From contig NC_081331.1 in the NCBI RefSeq assembly GCF_022539665.2, positions 11,160,001 through 11,224,000 on the forward strand: a stretch of 64,000 bases of DNA, written 5' to 3'. Position 1 is the stretch's first letter; each line of letters starts with the position of its first letter. The notes beneath the pieces were generated by a model. The model saw only the letters and a list, made by a program, of their open reading frames with translations. It searched no databases and was not told where the DNA came from. Made by a program: the position numbers and the translations under genes. Source of the stretch: Daphnia carinata (taxonomy: Eukaryota). This document shows, piece by piece, positions 11,140-23,600 of this stretch.

Positions 11140-11995
11140 TGCTTGTTAGCCATTGAAAGATTGCTGGCTGACGCAGACAATCGTTTGGGACATGATTAAT
11201 GAGCTGCTTCGTGGATAAAGCTCGTTTTTTTAGTCCTCTCCAGGATGACATGAATTCCAGCATCTTCTACACATGTATCAGCACTTTGCGATACACCAAT
11301 TAAAACAATTTAAAAATTTAAAATAGTACCACCTTTTAATGTTTTTGACTCCATGATTCATCTTCGATGCAATTGTGAAGGCAAGACAACTGACCTATGG
11401 TGATTTATTCATCACACTTGCCATAACCGTTTTCCCAATGTATCAGCTATTCTGCCAACAGTAGTTTACTAATACAACATTGACGATTAAAATTAGAAAA
11501 CTAAACAAACTCAGCAGAAAAGCATTACCAGGGAGTAACATCTTGCATGTTGAAGAAGAATCCTTGGTTTATCATGTACATGGCAGAATATCCACATTGC
11601 CTGGATGGCGCAATCCTTTGCATAATCACACAAATAGTAACTAAAACATACTGAATTGAAACAAAATTTAAATGAAGTTTTACCCAACAGCCGCCTGCAC
11701 CTCTGAATTCCAAAACTACGTCTACACATTCATATCAAGCTTTTCCAGCATGTCTCACCTTTGGCATTTGTTTAAATCATTCCTTCAAAAATTTTTAATA
11801 AATGTAAATAAAGTAAACAATTGATATTTATGTGACGTCGGAGTACCATTTGGCTATCAAGCATTCCATACAAGATAGGCATTTTGAAGAATCAGTGGCA
11901 GCAATCAAGTGCTACAATTTGAATATGGGCTAGGTGTTATAGTCGCTGAGGGCTCTCAATCCCTAAACTGAACCTTGCTCACTGATGTGACAATC
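11140..11995 (-). pseudogene. Decayed intron-containing Crypton-like (DUF3504/ZMYM-type) tyrosine recombinase
   Basis: Minus-strand exon fragments in canonical order: EQG/SLGIESPQRL (11980-11940), DYAKDCAIQAMWIF..RILLQ (11640-11530), CW..YIGKTVMASVMNK..KMNHGVK (11460-11340), EDAGIHVILERTKK/RALST (11267-11210). Contains stops and frameshifts. The whole arm-Y gene spans roughly 10590-12185. Confidence 0.5.
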
Positions 11996-12245
11996 TATAA
12001 AAGGATTTAAATCTTAATTAATGAGACATGCAGGATACTGTATAAAATTCTAGTAAAGATGGTACCAAATGCTGAGTTACTAGAAATTTTGCCTGGGAAA
12101 TCTCCAACTGACCATGTGAAACATAAGTCAGCTGTACTGCATTTGCAAATCCATTGTTCAAGTAACCAAATCCAATCCATGTCTGAAGGAATGAATGAGA
12201 AAATTAAATAGGAATCTGGCCGCTAGATGGCCATAGCTGTAAAAA

Positions 12246-12523
12246 GGTCTAAAATGAATAATTTTTATTGCAATGAATAGCCCTTAATAAGGGCTTTCGA
12301 TTTCTCTAAAATTTAAAGCAGGATTTCAATAACAAAAAAAAATTCATATATCTTTTTCAGAGTTTTTGCGATCCAAAGATATAGTGGATCCATACGGTAA
12401 AACAAAACAAAATGCTTTCGTTCTCAATTTTTTTGTTTTGGAAAATTCTACTTTAAATTTTAGAGAAATCGAAAGCCCTTATTAAGGGCTATTCATTGCA
12501 ATAAAAATTATTCATTTTTGACC
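12246..12523. mobile_element. MITE-like hairpin with a near-perfect ~70 bp terminal inverted repeat
   Basis: GGTCTAAAATGAATAATTTTTATTGCAATGAATAGCCCTTAATAAGGGCTTTCGATTTCTCTAAAATTTAAAG (12246-12318) is inverted at 12451-12523. No clear TSD. Confidence 0.7.
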
Positions 12524-14139
12524 CATAGTTTGCCCGTTAATAAAATTTTTTTTCGATGGTTTATAGGGGGAGGGGAAAACTACGGAAAATTGTAAACTTT
12601 GGGCCTTTCGTTCGGGTATTTGGGATGAATATTATGTATATTAAGTATAATATTTAGATTCCTTGTAATACCTGGAATGTTTTAGTGTGTATTAAACAAT
12701 AAAATGTGTCAAATCAGTTGGACAAATTCTAAATTATTAACGGCCAATCATATTAGAGACGACAGAAGCCATTATTTTTAGGCGGGTTTTTTTAATTTTA
12801 AATGGTTATGGATGTAATAAAAATACCAAAACAGTTTTACTATTATATGTTAGTCTTGTGGTGTACCGTGTCGATATTACAATAAAAAAAACAGAAATTA
12901 TTTTCATTCGGTTTATTTTTCATATTCTTTTACATTCAATTATTAAATAATTAATGGTTACTACATGAAACATCATCACTTTCATTTCCTTAGCTGTTGC
13001 CTTTCATGATACCTATATTGTTTGTATCCTTATTTACACGAAACTGTAAATGTAAAAAATAAATTTAAGATGACTTCTGTTAATAAAAATATGCCTGATT
13101 CAAATTACCTGTAACAGTTTCGATCTGTGTTCCACCACTATCTGGGATTGCAGACGTTGCCCAGCAATTAAGTCTTCTTCATAAATGTTATTTAATTCTT
13201 TTAACAGACATGTTCCTACAGAAATATAATTGTTTAGTTAAAATTTATCAATAATTCATGAATTTATTTACCTACTGAAAGCTCTAAGGGACTGATCTTC
13301 TGTTCGACTCCAGCTATCAGACAGATCAGGATAGTACCTCATTGTTAGATTGAGATAGGCTAACACTGTCTTCTACTACTGAGCAATCAAACTTAGGAAG
13401 TTGATATGATGCTCCAGCATGTTTTTCCTTTGTGGATTAAGAACTATTTTAAAAGGATAGATAAAAAATCAAATGTTATTGCTGCGAACCCAGCACTAGC
13501 CTGTTAAGATCTTTTATACCTTTTCTGTAATTTCTTTCTCCCTGAAATGTCTTCCTTTTTCCTTTCTTCCACGCACACTGCCGCTCAGTTTTCCTTTTTT
13601 TTTTTTTAATTTTGTGAATAATCTTGGATCTATTTTGAAATTTGACACTAGCAGACGATTTGACGCAGACGACACTTCAACAGCTGAGATGTAGCTTGGT
13701 TTCAGTGGTGGTGTGTACTGCAGTCACAGTGGGAGAGCCAATCAAATTGCGAGAATCGAGTGCCGCTTACAACCCGAACGGTCGAATCAACTCGCGGAGA
13801 CCATGTTGCATACGGTACAGCATAATCGCCACACCAACGCCATCGGGTATCTACAAGATAAAAGCAATCTTGACACTAGAGCCTTGGTGGAATCCACGTA
13901 ACAGGTTCTATTTACTTTCCCAGTATTTCGTGTTTCCGCTCTATCAATAGAAATTTACAGTCAACATCTCATAGAGGGATCTCAGTTGTAATTGATTTAA
14001 CAAGCTGTTTTTTCCTGCTGTCGTTAAACGGCGAAGGTACTTTCTTTGCTCGGTTATTGATATTATTACAGTCTAAAAGTTATTTTCTTATTAGTTAACG
14101 TCAAACATAAGTCGAGACACTATCGTCCTGAGTGATAGT

Positions 14140-15878
14140 ATGAGAGAATACGGTCTTGTAATTTTTGGCGCTACTGGATTCACAGGGCAATATGTTGTTG
14201 AAGAAGTAGCTCGGATTGCCAAAGAAGAAAACATCAATTGGGCCATTGCTGGACGTAATGCGGAAAAATTGAGTACACTACTACAAAATGTTGGAAAAAC
14301 AACTGGTATCTCTCATTTATACTTTTTGTATTCACATTCAAGTAGATAATAACTTGTGTTACTCAGGCAGCTCTCTCAAGGATGTTGGTATTATTATGGC
14401 AGATGTTTGTGATTCAAATTCTCTTTGTGAGATGGCCAAGAAAGGAGAAATTGTTCTGAACTGTGTTGGACCATACCGGTTTGTTGAATGATGTCAAACT
14501 AATGTTCTATAGATTTGTTATTCATGTCTACCTTGTAATTAGGTTTTATGGAGAAGCTGTAGTGAAAGCCTGTGTGGAAAATGGGACAAATCATATTGAC
14601 ATCAGTGGAGAACCTCAAGTACTCTTGTTAGTTTCTATTTGTACATTTAGTTTGAGTTCCTGTTGTGATTTTTGTTAATGCAGTTTCTTGAGAGGATGCA
14701 ACTGGAATACAACACTGCTGCCTATGAAAACAAATGTTACATAGTTGGAGCTTGTGGATTTGACAGTATTCCTGCAGATATGGGTACCTGTTTACTAGAA
14801 GAAAAGTTTGGTGGCCAAGTTAACTCTATAGAAACATTTCTGAACATAAAGTCAAAAAAGGTATTTACCTTTCTTACCTTTTGCCAGGAAGTTGACTCGT
14901 TTCGAAATGCTTTTAGAGAGCTCACGGGCACTATGCGACTTGGCAAAGCGCCATCTACGGGTTTGCTTACGCAAATGAATTGAAGCCTTTACGGAAAAAG
15001 CTTTTCCCCGAGAGACTGCCTGAACTTAAACCTAAACTTAAATCAAGGTATGATTTATTATTAACGAAAGATTCGATGGAACTAAATTACAGAATTATTT
15101 TTTTTTGGGAATAACAAAATAAAGGGCAATACTTCATCATAACTCATTAGTCAGATCATGGTGTCTACCTTTCCCGGGTTCTGATCGTTCAGTCGTAATG
15201 CGTTCCCAGCGATATTTCTACGCCAAGGAGAGTAAACGCCCAGTACAGATGGCAGCGTATATTCAGTGTTCGTCGTTAATAGGTGCTATACTCATGGCCC
15301 TAATGGGTGCTACGTTTGGTCTGCTGGCGAGCTTCAAATTCGGTCGTAGTTTGCTAGAAAAGGTAAATTGACCACATGTTGAGGGTCGTCTCGCTAAGGA
15401 CATACATTAAATAAGACTATGCATTTTTTTTATAGTATCCAAAGGTATTCTCCTTTGGCACGTTTACTCACGATGGCCCAACCAAAGAAGAGATGGCTGA
15501 AACATCGTTCGTTCTGACATTAGCCGGCAAAGGTTGGGATGAGAAACTAGCAGAGCCATCCGATACGTACAATAAAGAGCCAGAAAAAGAGTTGGTAGTT
15601 CGGGTATCTGGGCCGGAGCCAGGTTACGTTGCCACACCAATCTTCATGGTTCAAGCGGCTCTCGTACTTCTCCTCGAAACAGATAAACTGCCTGCCAAGT
15701 AACTCAATTATTTTCCTCCTTGTTATGTTTTAGTTTTTAATTGTTTCGTCTTTTTTTTTTTCATCCTTCTAGAGGCGGGGTATTCCCCCCGGGAGCAGCA
15801 TTCGCCAAGACTTCATTGATAGAGCGTTTGATAAAAAGAGGAATAACTTTCGAAACCGGTTTGAAGACCACTCGCTAG
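14140..15878 (+). CDS. SCCPDH: Saccharopine dehydrogenase-like oxidoreductase (multi-exon)
   Basis: VIFGATGFTG Rossmann motif, WAIAGR, LNCVGPY, FYGEAVVKAC, DISGEPQF, ACGFDSIPADMG, SGPEPGYVAT, GGVFPPGAAF across ~60-80 bp introns; stop TAG at 15876-15878. Confidence 0.93.
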
Positions 15879-17039
15879 ACAAGGCAAGACACCTGTGTCT
15901 TGGCGAAATAGTATCTGTTGGTGTGGAAAAGTACTAGCTTGTGTCATTGTTCTGTGTTCATTTGATATGCTGTAGTTTGGCTTGTCTGAGCTGTTGTAAA
16001 GACGTGTTACTCGCACATCATACTTGGACTAAACGTATTATAAACTATATTTACGTGTAAACATCGTTTCCACTAAATTACGTTGACGTTACAATAGCTG
16101 TGTAGGATTTACCACAAGCACGGATTTACAAACCCTGTTTTACATCCCATGTAAGGTAATGAAGTGAAGAATTTTAACATACATTCGGATTCTGCGTTTC
16201 GAAGAAAAGACGAAAAAGCATGCAACATTGTTGATTTGCAAAGCTTAATACTCGCAAGTGCTGCCTTCGACTAGCATGGCTTTCCGCCTAAGAAACTATG
16301 TGAAAAGTGATTATTTGGCATAAAACGTTGGAAATTGATAACTTTAGAAAGCCCTTTTTGGTCACCATTGTTGCAACGCTACTACCGAAAAGGGAAAACC
16401 AGCTAAAGGGCACGATCGCATAACATAGAACATCGGGCGACTCATTGAATCAAGAGGCTTTATGGGTCAACAGAATAACAATGGCCGACTTCAACATGTA
16501 AATCCTATTAACATAAAAACGGGATGAGATCTTGCAAAGGTAAAAGACCACAATAGACAATAAATAAACATATCTGAAGGCTTTACGCGTTCCAACGCCG
16601 AACAATGCTCCAATGTTTAAAATTCCAGGTTACACATAGCTTACAAAACGTACTCAAATGAAAGTCCGTCTTCCGCATTTTCGGTAAATATTGGTAGATT
16701 TAGTGTGGGAAAAATGACAAGTCATCTGTACTCTAGGTGAAAGAAAAAAGAAACCAATTTTTCAGTAGAATCCAGGAAATGTTTGGAAGTGAGATAAGTC
16801 GGCCGTCATATACCTATCAACAACGCTGTGAACACATCAATTAGCTCGAACACCATGGTGAAAGGGCGCGACATTGAACCAATCAGTTCCATTCTTCTCG
16901 ATGCTATAGGCAAGCAAACATCTGAACGAGGGAGTCATCGAGCCTCGGATAGTCTTTTCCTCCACACCCACTGGGCGCATTGATGGCAACTGCCTGACAG
17001 CCTGACGAGTTTGCTTTCAACATTGTGAAGCGGTACGAG

Positions 17040-19053
17040 ATGGTTCGAAGCGAAGGACTGCTGTTTTCCCTGGTGTTTTTAGTCACACATCTAACTGGAA
17101 GTGAACATCAGACTAATGGCGCAAACCATCAACTGGCTGACGGATTTCAATCTTTCTTCAAGACTAGATACAAATCGTGGCTACAAGTGTTAGACGGAAC
17201 AAATTTAAAAAAATATACTACTGGCGGCAATGAACTGACAACTGTAGATGCAGTGACAGCACAAAAGAAAATAAACAATTTAGTGTTAACAAGTCCTAAT
17301 ATAGAAGGTTCGATCGGTCCCATCAAAGCTCTCCGCGTACCTTATTTTTTACGTTTCGGAAAAAATGCGCAAGAAGACAGACAAGCAAATAGCCTTACCT
17401 GCACATGCGAACCGACGCCAACTTGTTCAACCACTTGCACGTCACTCGAGATACGGTGTGGACGAACATGTACACACAGCACAATTTTCACGGCTGAATG
17501 TGGATGCCACGGAGGACGCCACCAAGCTACGTCCACAAGTTCAAGCGTTAGCAGCAATGGCTGTGCCACATTAAATGCTGGATGTCTCGCAACGGTCGGA
17601 GCTGTTGGTGCTGTTGGAGCTGTTGTAGCAGCTGCTGCAGCAGTGGCAGTGGCTGTCGCTGTTGCGGTTCCAGTAGGCCTCCAGTTATCCGGAGTGGGTC
17701 CGTCTGAAACAGAACGATTCGATCCACAAGTTTTAGATATCGGCGACATTTTTGGCCAACGAACACCTGTAAACAACCTTACATTTCCTGTGAACGGAAA
17801 TGATTTCCCAGCTGATGGTTGCGGAGACAATTCAGTGAGATTCAGTGACGGAAATTGCTATCCAGTTTTGACGAGAGGTCCTTGTGCCGATCCTCACCGA
17901 TGGGTTACTCTAGATCCTGCGACAATCCAAGTATCACACACAAATCACATACAGAATATGGAAACGTCAATACTTTAAAGTGGTTCATTTCAGGCACGTT
18001 GCAGTCCACGTCTCTGTGGTCGCCAAAGAGTATTCGTTGGTCAAGATGGACTTTGTCACGACATCAACGATCCATCTGGATGTAGCGGTGGCCGACGTCT
18101 TTATTACACAGCTTACGGGGACCCACTCTGTGACTGCCCTATCGGGCAATATCCTTTTCCGGACATTCAAGACGATTGCGTTCCACTGTTCTCGAAAGGT
18201 AATCACAAAATCCTGCTACTTTCCTTGTTATGTCTGAAAGCTTGGCAGCAAACATCGATGCATCACGATCAGGCGAAACATACGTTTTCATGCCGATTCT
18301 TTTCTAACTTTTACAAGGTCCCTGTCCCGATGGGAATGTAGTTTCCATTACTCCGGAGGGTCGATTGGGCTGTACGCCAGAGGAATGTCAATCAATCGAT
18401 GGTCAAGATAACTCTTTGCAGTTAGTGTCTACTGGGAGTGGAGTTTGTTACCCTCTCGGTTCACGCGGACCCTGTACAAATACTTCTCAGTTGCTGGGAT
18501 ACGATGTGTTTAGGCGACGTTTGCAGTGCGTCAATATTCTAGACCCTTCTTCGCCTTATTTCTCTTCGCCAGAAGAAGAAGATTTAATAGATAGCGTCTA
18601 CAACCAGTTTGTCGCGGAATACGATGACTATCAGATCTCACTCATCTATCAAAATGCAGTGGAAAGAAAGGACAAAGGCCAACGCAGACAAGGTGGAAAT
18701 ACCGCAGGAGCACTTCAATTTCCTAGCTCGTCTCCTGATGCTCTCTTACAGCCATGTCGGAATGGTGCTCGAGAAGGAATAAATTTTAAGTGCACCAATC
18801 CGCTAGTGTAAGACAATGACACAATTAAAAAGTGGAAATACTGGCTGTTAAAATTTTTGATTTCGCTTCTTTTAGGTCAAATTCAAACGCGAGGCCAGTA
18901 CAACCAGCAGTTAGTTCCGCATTTAAGTGTCCAGGGAATGGAAATTTACAAGCTACGGGTCAATGCGCGAGCGACAACCGTGCTGCTAGCTGTGGACCTT
19001 CGTTTCAGTTTAATTCAAATACTGGACAATGCCGCAGTGTTTTCAGACGTTAA
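17040..19053 (+). CDS. Secreted/membrane Cys-rich DUF4789-like repeat protein, paralog 1 (4 exons)
   Basis: Signal-like N terminus. Repeated CYPxxxRGPC / [10 protein letters not shown]..CVPLFxxGPC modules. Exons ~17040-17930, 17994-18198, 18318-18808, 18876-19053. Clearly paralogous to 21848-23536 and 56204-57580. Confidence 0.8.
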
Positions 19054-20641
19054 AGACAGGATTAACTCTCTATTTACTTTCTCGCGTATTGGGGTCGAAA
19101 TGAACCAACCAGACATAGGATCTTTCCAGAAGTTGGAGGCAAGTGGAACGTCAAACCAGAAATATTACTTGTAATACAAATACTTATCTATGCCTGAATG
19201 AATATGCATGAATTACAAATTTCACGTTTTCTTGTATTGGCGCTGTCTGCCTAACGTAGACAATCGGCGTGATCTAATGCAAATCATTAGGCTAAACCAG
19301 TTCACATCACCAAATAACCTATTGGGGAAGTCCCTGTTGAAAACGAAAACGTTGTCCTATTTTAAGTAGGGCATCTTTTTACGCAAATGGACCCGGTCAT
19401 TTTTCAAGTAGCCCATCGATAGACATGTCAAGTTAAACGCAGTTTACATCAAATTGACTTGTGTTACGAAAGGTCTACGCATATCATTGCAGTCAGCTAG
19501 TTACGGAATTTAAGATCCATTAGAGTATTTGCCCCATATATCTTTCTTATTTTTTATCTCGTTGACATTAGAATGCGGTAGCCTTATTAGGCAATAGGAT
19601 TTCACAAACCCTCAAGACATTTGTAACAACGAGATGCCACAAAAGGATTTCACCAATGAATGCCAATTACATCAGATAATTAAATTATATGCGTACCTAT
19701 GATCCATATAAAGATTGATATATGGTGTCTACTAGAAAAATGCGCAATTGGAAATGCATATTACAAAAATGCCAACCAACCGATTTAGTAAAACAAATTG
19801 TTGTAGCGCTCAGATTCGACCAAGGAATATGTTACATTTTAGCGTACCCCGGGTCTGTCGGACAAACACGATCAGCTAGACTACGAAACGTTTGCTCGAT
19901 TACCACTGTGCGTCAATTCACTAGCTCTTTCCGTAAGTTTCTAACGACCCGTGACTAGCGATGAGTTAAATTTAATAACCAACAAAAGAGGAAAGGAAAT
20001 ACAAGTGCCTACCTTGTTATGAGCTGATCAGTGGTGTTAGGTTAGCTGGTGCCTATGAATAGCTTCACAGCATGAGCCTCTCAATGGTGAATTACCTGGT
20101 GAAAAGTCAATTAATTAGTCAACCTAAATCGATGAAGATATTTTTTCTTTATACCTTTTTGTGCTATCGCTTAACTAGGAAAAAGTTAGTCCTAGAAAGA
20201 AAACATAAAAAACTAAAAATGTGTTAAGAAATTTAGGATGTTCTATAACTGGTTTTACCTTCCATTGCTGCTTCAAGCGCAACACACGTTGCGCTCCGGA
20301 CGCAAGTTCCAATTACGAGTTTTACCCAAAGGGAATGGGGAAATCCGGGGTAAGCATCGCATAAAATGATTTCATCTTAATTTCACCAACTCCTATTCCA
20401 ACTATGCAAATGATTACTTTAAAAAAGTACAGCAATAAACCGAAAGTAAAAAGAAATTGCGCAGACAACACGTAATGGTTGAGGGTGTATTTTTTATGCA
20501 AGGCGACGTAGGAAAAGTTAGCGCGGACTGAAGCCAAAAAAGAAGTTCCACTCAATTTGTTGTTCAAGCTTGGAATCACTCCATAAACTCAGCGTTCTCT
20601 ATGAACAGCTGATTAAAACGACGTCAGTTTTGTTCAATCCT

Positions 20642-23600
20642 TTAGCCGTCTAGTTGACCGCATTCGTAAGCGTTCTGGTAGCTCTGCGTATTCTTGTCTT
20701 CCGAATCAAGCTTAATCATATCATCAATACGCAGAATGGTAATAGCCGCTTCAGTAGCAAACTTCAGAGACTTAATCTTGGAAACAGCAGGCTCAAAGAC
20801 ACCAGCTTGTCGGTTGTCCCTAACGGCACCTTCCATCAAGTCCAACCCGATCCTTGACAAACGAGAAAGATATAACAATAATTCTTAACAGCGCTAATAA
20901 AACATTATTTACCATTTCAAATTAGCGTGCTCAGGCTTTGACTGCGATGAGTGATGGTAAGAACGCATTTTAGCCACGAGATCAGTCGCGTCCTTGGCTG
21001 CGTTGACTGCTAAGGTCTTGGGAATGACCAATAGCGAATGGGCGAATTCTGCAATCGCTAGCTGTTCTCGAGAGCTCTGTATGTCATAAAGTATTATTAC
21101 AATAATTTAACTTATTTTCCTTTGAAAATGTGTCAACTTACCAATGATGTAGCGAAGCTTTCCAAATAAATAGAGAGTGCAACCTCCACAGCGCCGCCAC
21201 CGACGACTAGAGTTTTGGATTCTAGAACGCGTTTGACGACGCAAAGGGCATCGTGCACCGAGCGTTCCATTTCGTCGCAGTAGAAGTCATTAGGACCACG
21301 CAGAATAATGGAAGCAGCTGTGCGCGCTTTGGTTCTACGTTGAAGGAAATGGAAGACGTGAAAAATTACAAATGTTTCTGGAAAGCCATAAACTAGAATT
21401 CTTCACAATGCCATAATGCTACGGCTGCTTAGAGCAAAGACAGGCTTGCACGGAAATTCAAATTCGGTCAGCTTATATGGTACTATGCACATTCCAAATA
21501 GTATGGGTAACAGACGAAACAAAACTGCACCTCTAGTCAACAAAAAGAAGGCTCATCATTCGCTTAAGGCTGGAGAGGAAAAGAAGGTCACCATCCCATT
21601 CTGAAAATCTAAGATTATTTCTACATGTTGAACTGCGTTCTGAAAGACGAGCCTCGGGCTTATATCCGACAAAGTAAGCTCTATACGGTATTTTTTTTTT
21701 TTGTGGGACTTCCGCACATGAGGACCTCCTTTCTAGAAGATGGCTAAAGCAGAAGGTACAACATACCTTCTTTGTTTCTCTTATGCATACAGGCACTATA
21801 ATCTAGTCTCACAGTGGCAGCCGGCTCGGTTAAAAGCATAACATAAGATGCAGTGCAACAAGAGACTACTTTTCCTGTTCTCGGTATCTATTCTTGGCTT
21901 TGGTGATCAACAAAGTCATGCACTGGATCCTAATGTGAGAAGATCGTGGATACGAGAGCTCGCGACACGCGTGAAAGCTAAAAAGGGTATCTACGAGAGT
22001 GAAACAACCCCTTTTTCGGGAAAAAACGAACATCAGTACCACAATGAACACCCAACTGCGGAGGCAGCTTTGGTGACTATGGAAACAACGCAGGAATTTT
22101 CTAAGAGTTTTGGCTTCGGAGCTATCAGAACACAGCACAGGCAAAATACGTATCCTTACCAAACGCAAACTACGTATCCTTACCCAACGACAACCCTCCC
22201 ACGGTTACCCACGGTCCCTTCTGTTGCAATAGCACTTGGAGCTATAGCGATCGCAATCGCAGTAGGCGTTGCTACCACACATAGTACGGAAAAACAAATA
22301 GACGAAATCGATCTCGTCATCAGGCAATTTGACAATCAAACCCCTATAAATGAGTGTCCGATGCCTGTATTTGGAAACGATTTTCCGCGCGATGGCTGTG
22401 AAGATAACGCCGTACGAGTAGCAAATGGAAAGTGCTTCCCCGTTCTGACACGAGGCCCTTGTGAAAATAACCGTCATTGGATAACGATTGATCCCATTAC
22501 ATTAAAGGTAAATGAAGAGCAATTGTTTGAATAAAAGAATTGAATTTTCCATGGAAGGAATGGTCAATTTCAGGGAAGATGCACTCCAAGACTTTGTGGT
22601 CGAGAAAGAGTACTGGTGGTACGGGACGGACTTTGTCACGACGTCAACGATCCGAACGAATGTCAAGGTGGGCGGCGTCTTTATTATACAGCTTACGGAG
22701 ATCCGATATGTGATTGCCCCATTGGGCAATATCCTTTCCCTAACCCTCACGACAACTGCGTCCCACTTTTTACCCAAGGTATTCATTCAATCGTTACACG
22801 AAAGTACAACATAACAAAGATTTATAATAAGTCAACTTTCATCCACTATGCTCTGCATAAAGGACCTTGCCAAAATGGATACGTAGTAACAATTGGTGAA
22901 CAGGGTCGACTTGGCTGTACTCCAACCAAATGTGAATCAATCGACAATGACAACTTGTCCCGGCAGCTTGTGCCGGCCAACGATGGCGTATGCTACGCCC
23001 TTGGGTCACGTGGACCCTGCGCCACTACATCTCAGCTCTTAGGTTACGATATCTTCAAGCGCCGTGATCATTGTGTCGATATTCTAAACCCCTCCTCGCC
23101 CTATTTTTCTTGGCCCGCACAAGACGATTTTCTTGATAGCATCTACAATCAGCTCCATCCGGAATATGACGAATTTAGAGTATCCTTTGTTTACGAAAGT
23201 CTAACGGGGAAGAACGAAACACAACAACGAAGACAAGGTGCGAGCACAATAGGAGCAATCCAATTTCCTAGCACGTCAATTGGAAGTCTTTTACATCCTT
23301 GTCGCACTGGAGCTCGACGAGGAATAAATTTTAAATGCACCAATCCTTTAGTGTAAATCAATAACATTTTATATCTAAAACAACGCAACGGAATATTTAA
23401 TCCTATCTCTTTTTTTTGTAGGCCTACACTAAGGACAATGCAGCTCTTGCAAGTTGTTCGACCTGGATTGAGAACAAACTGCGAAGGCAACGCTTTGTTT
23501 GTCGCTGCCACTGGCCAGTGCCGAGCCAGGTTCTAACCCATGAACTAACAATAACGCTCAAAATGTTTCTAACAGATAGCTTTTAACAAGATGTCTCGCA

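Larger units (their letters stand above)
7183..12245. mobile_element. Two-armed inverted-repeat element, copy 1 (arm A +, tRNA-like spacer, arm Y -); right terminus interrupted
   Basis: GC module at ~8820-9340 is inverted at ~10020-10530. Spacer ~9400-9970 is homologous in reverse to 52310-52900. The subterminal TAGATGGCCATAGCTGTAAAA at 12224-12244 is followed by an unrelated hairpin. Confidence 0.75.

Noticed and set aside
13105..13950. Exon-like minus-strand fragments and the 102 aa ORF at 13642
   Set aside because: In-frame stops and no recognisable homology; cannot be supported as a gene.
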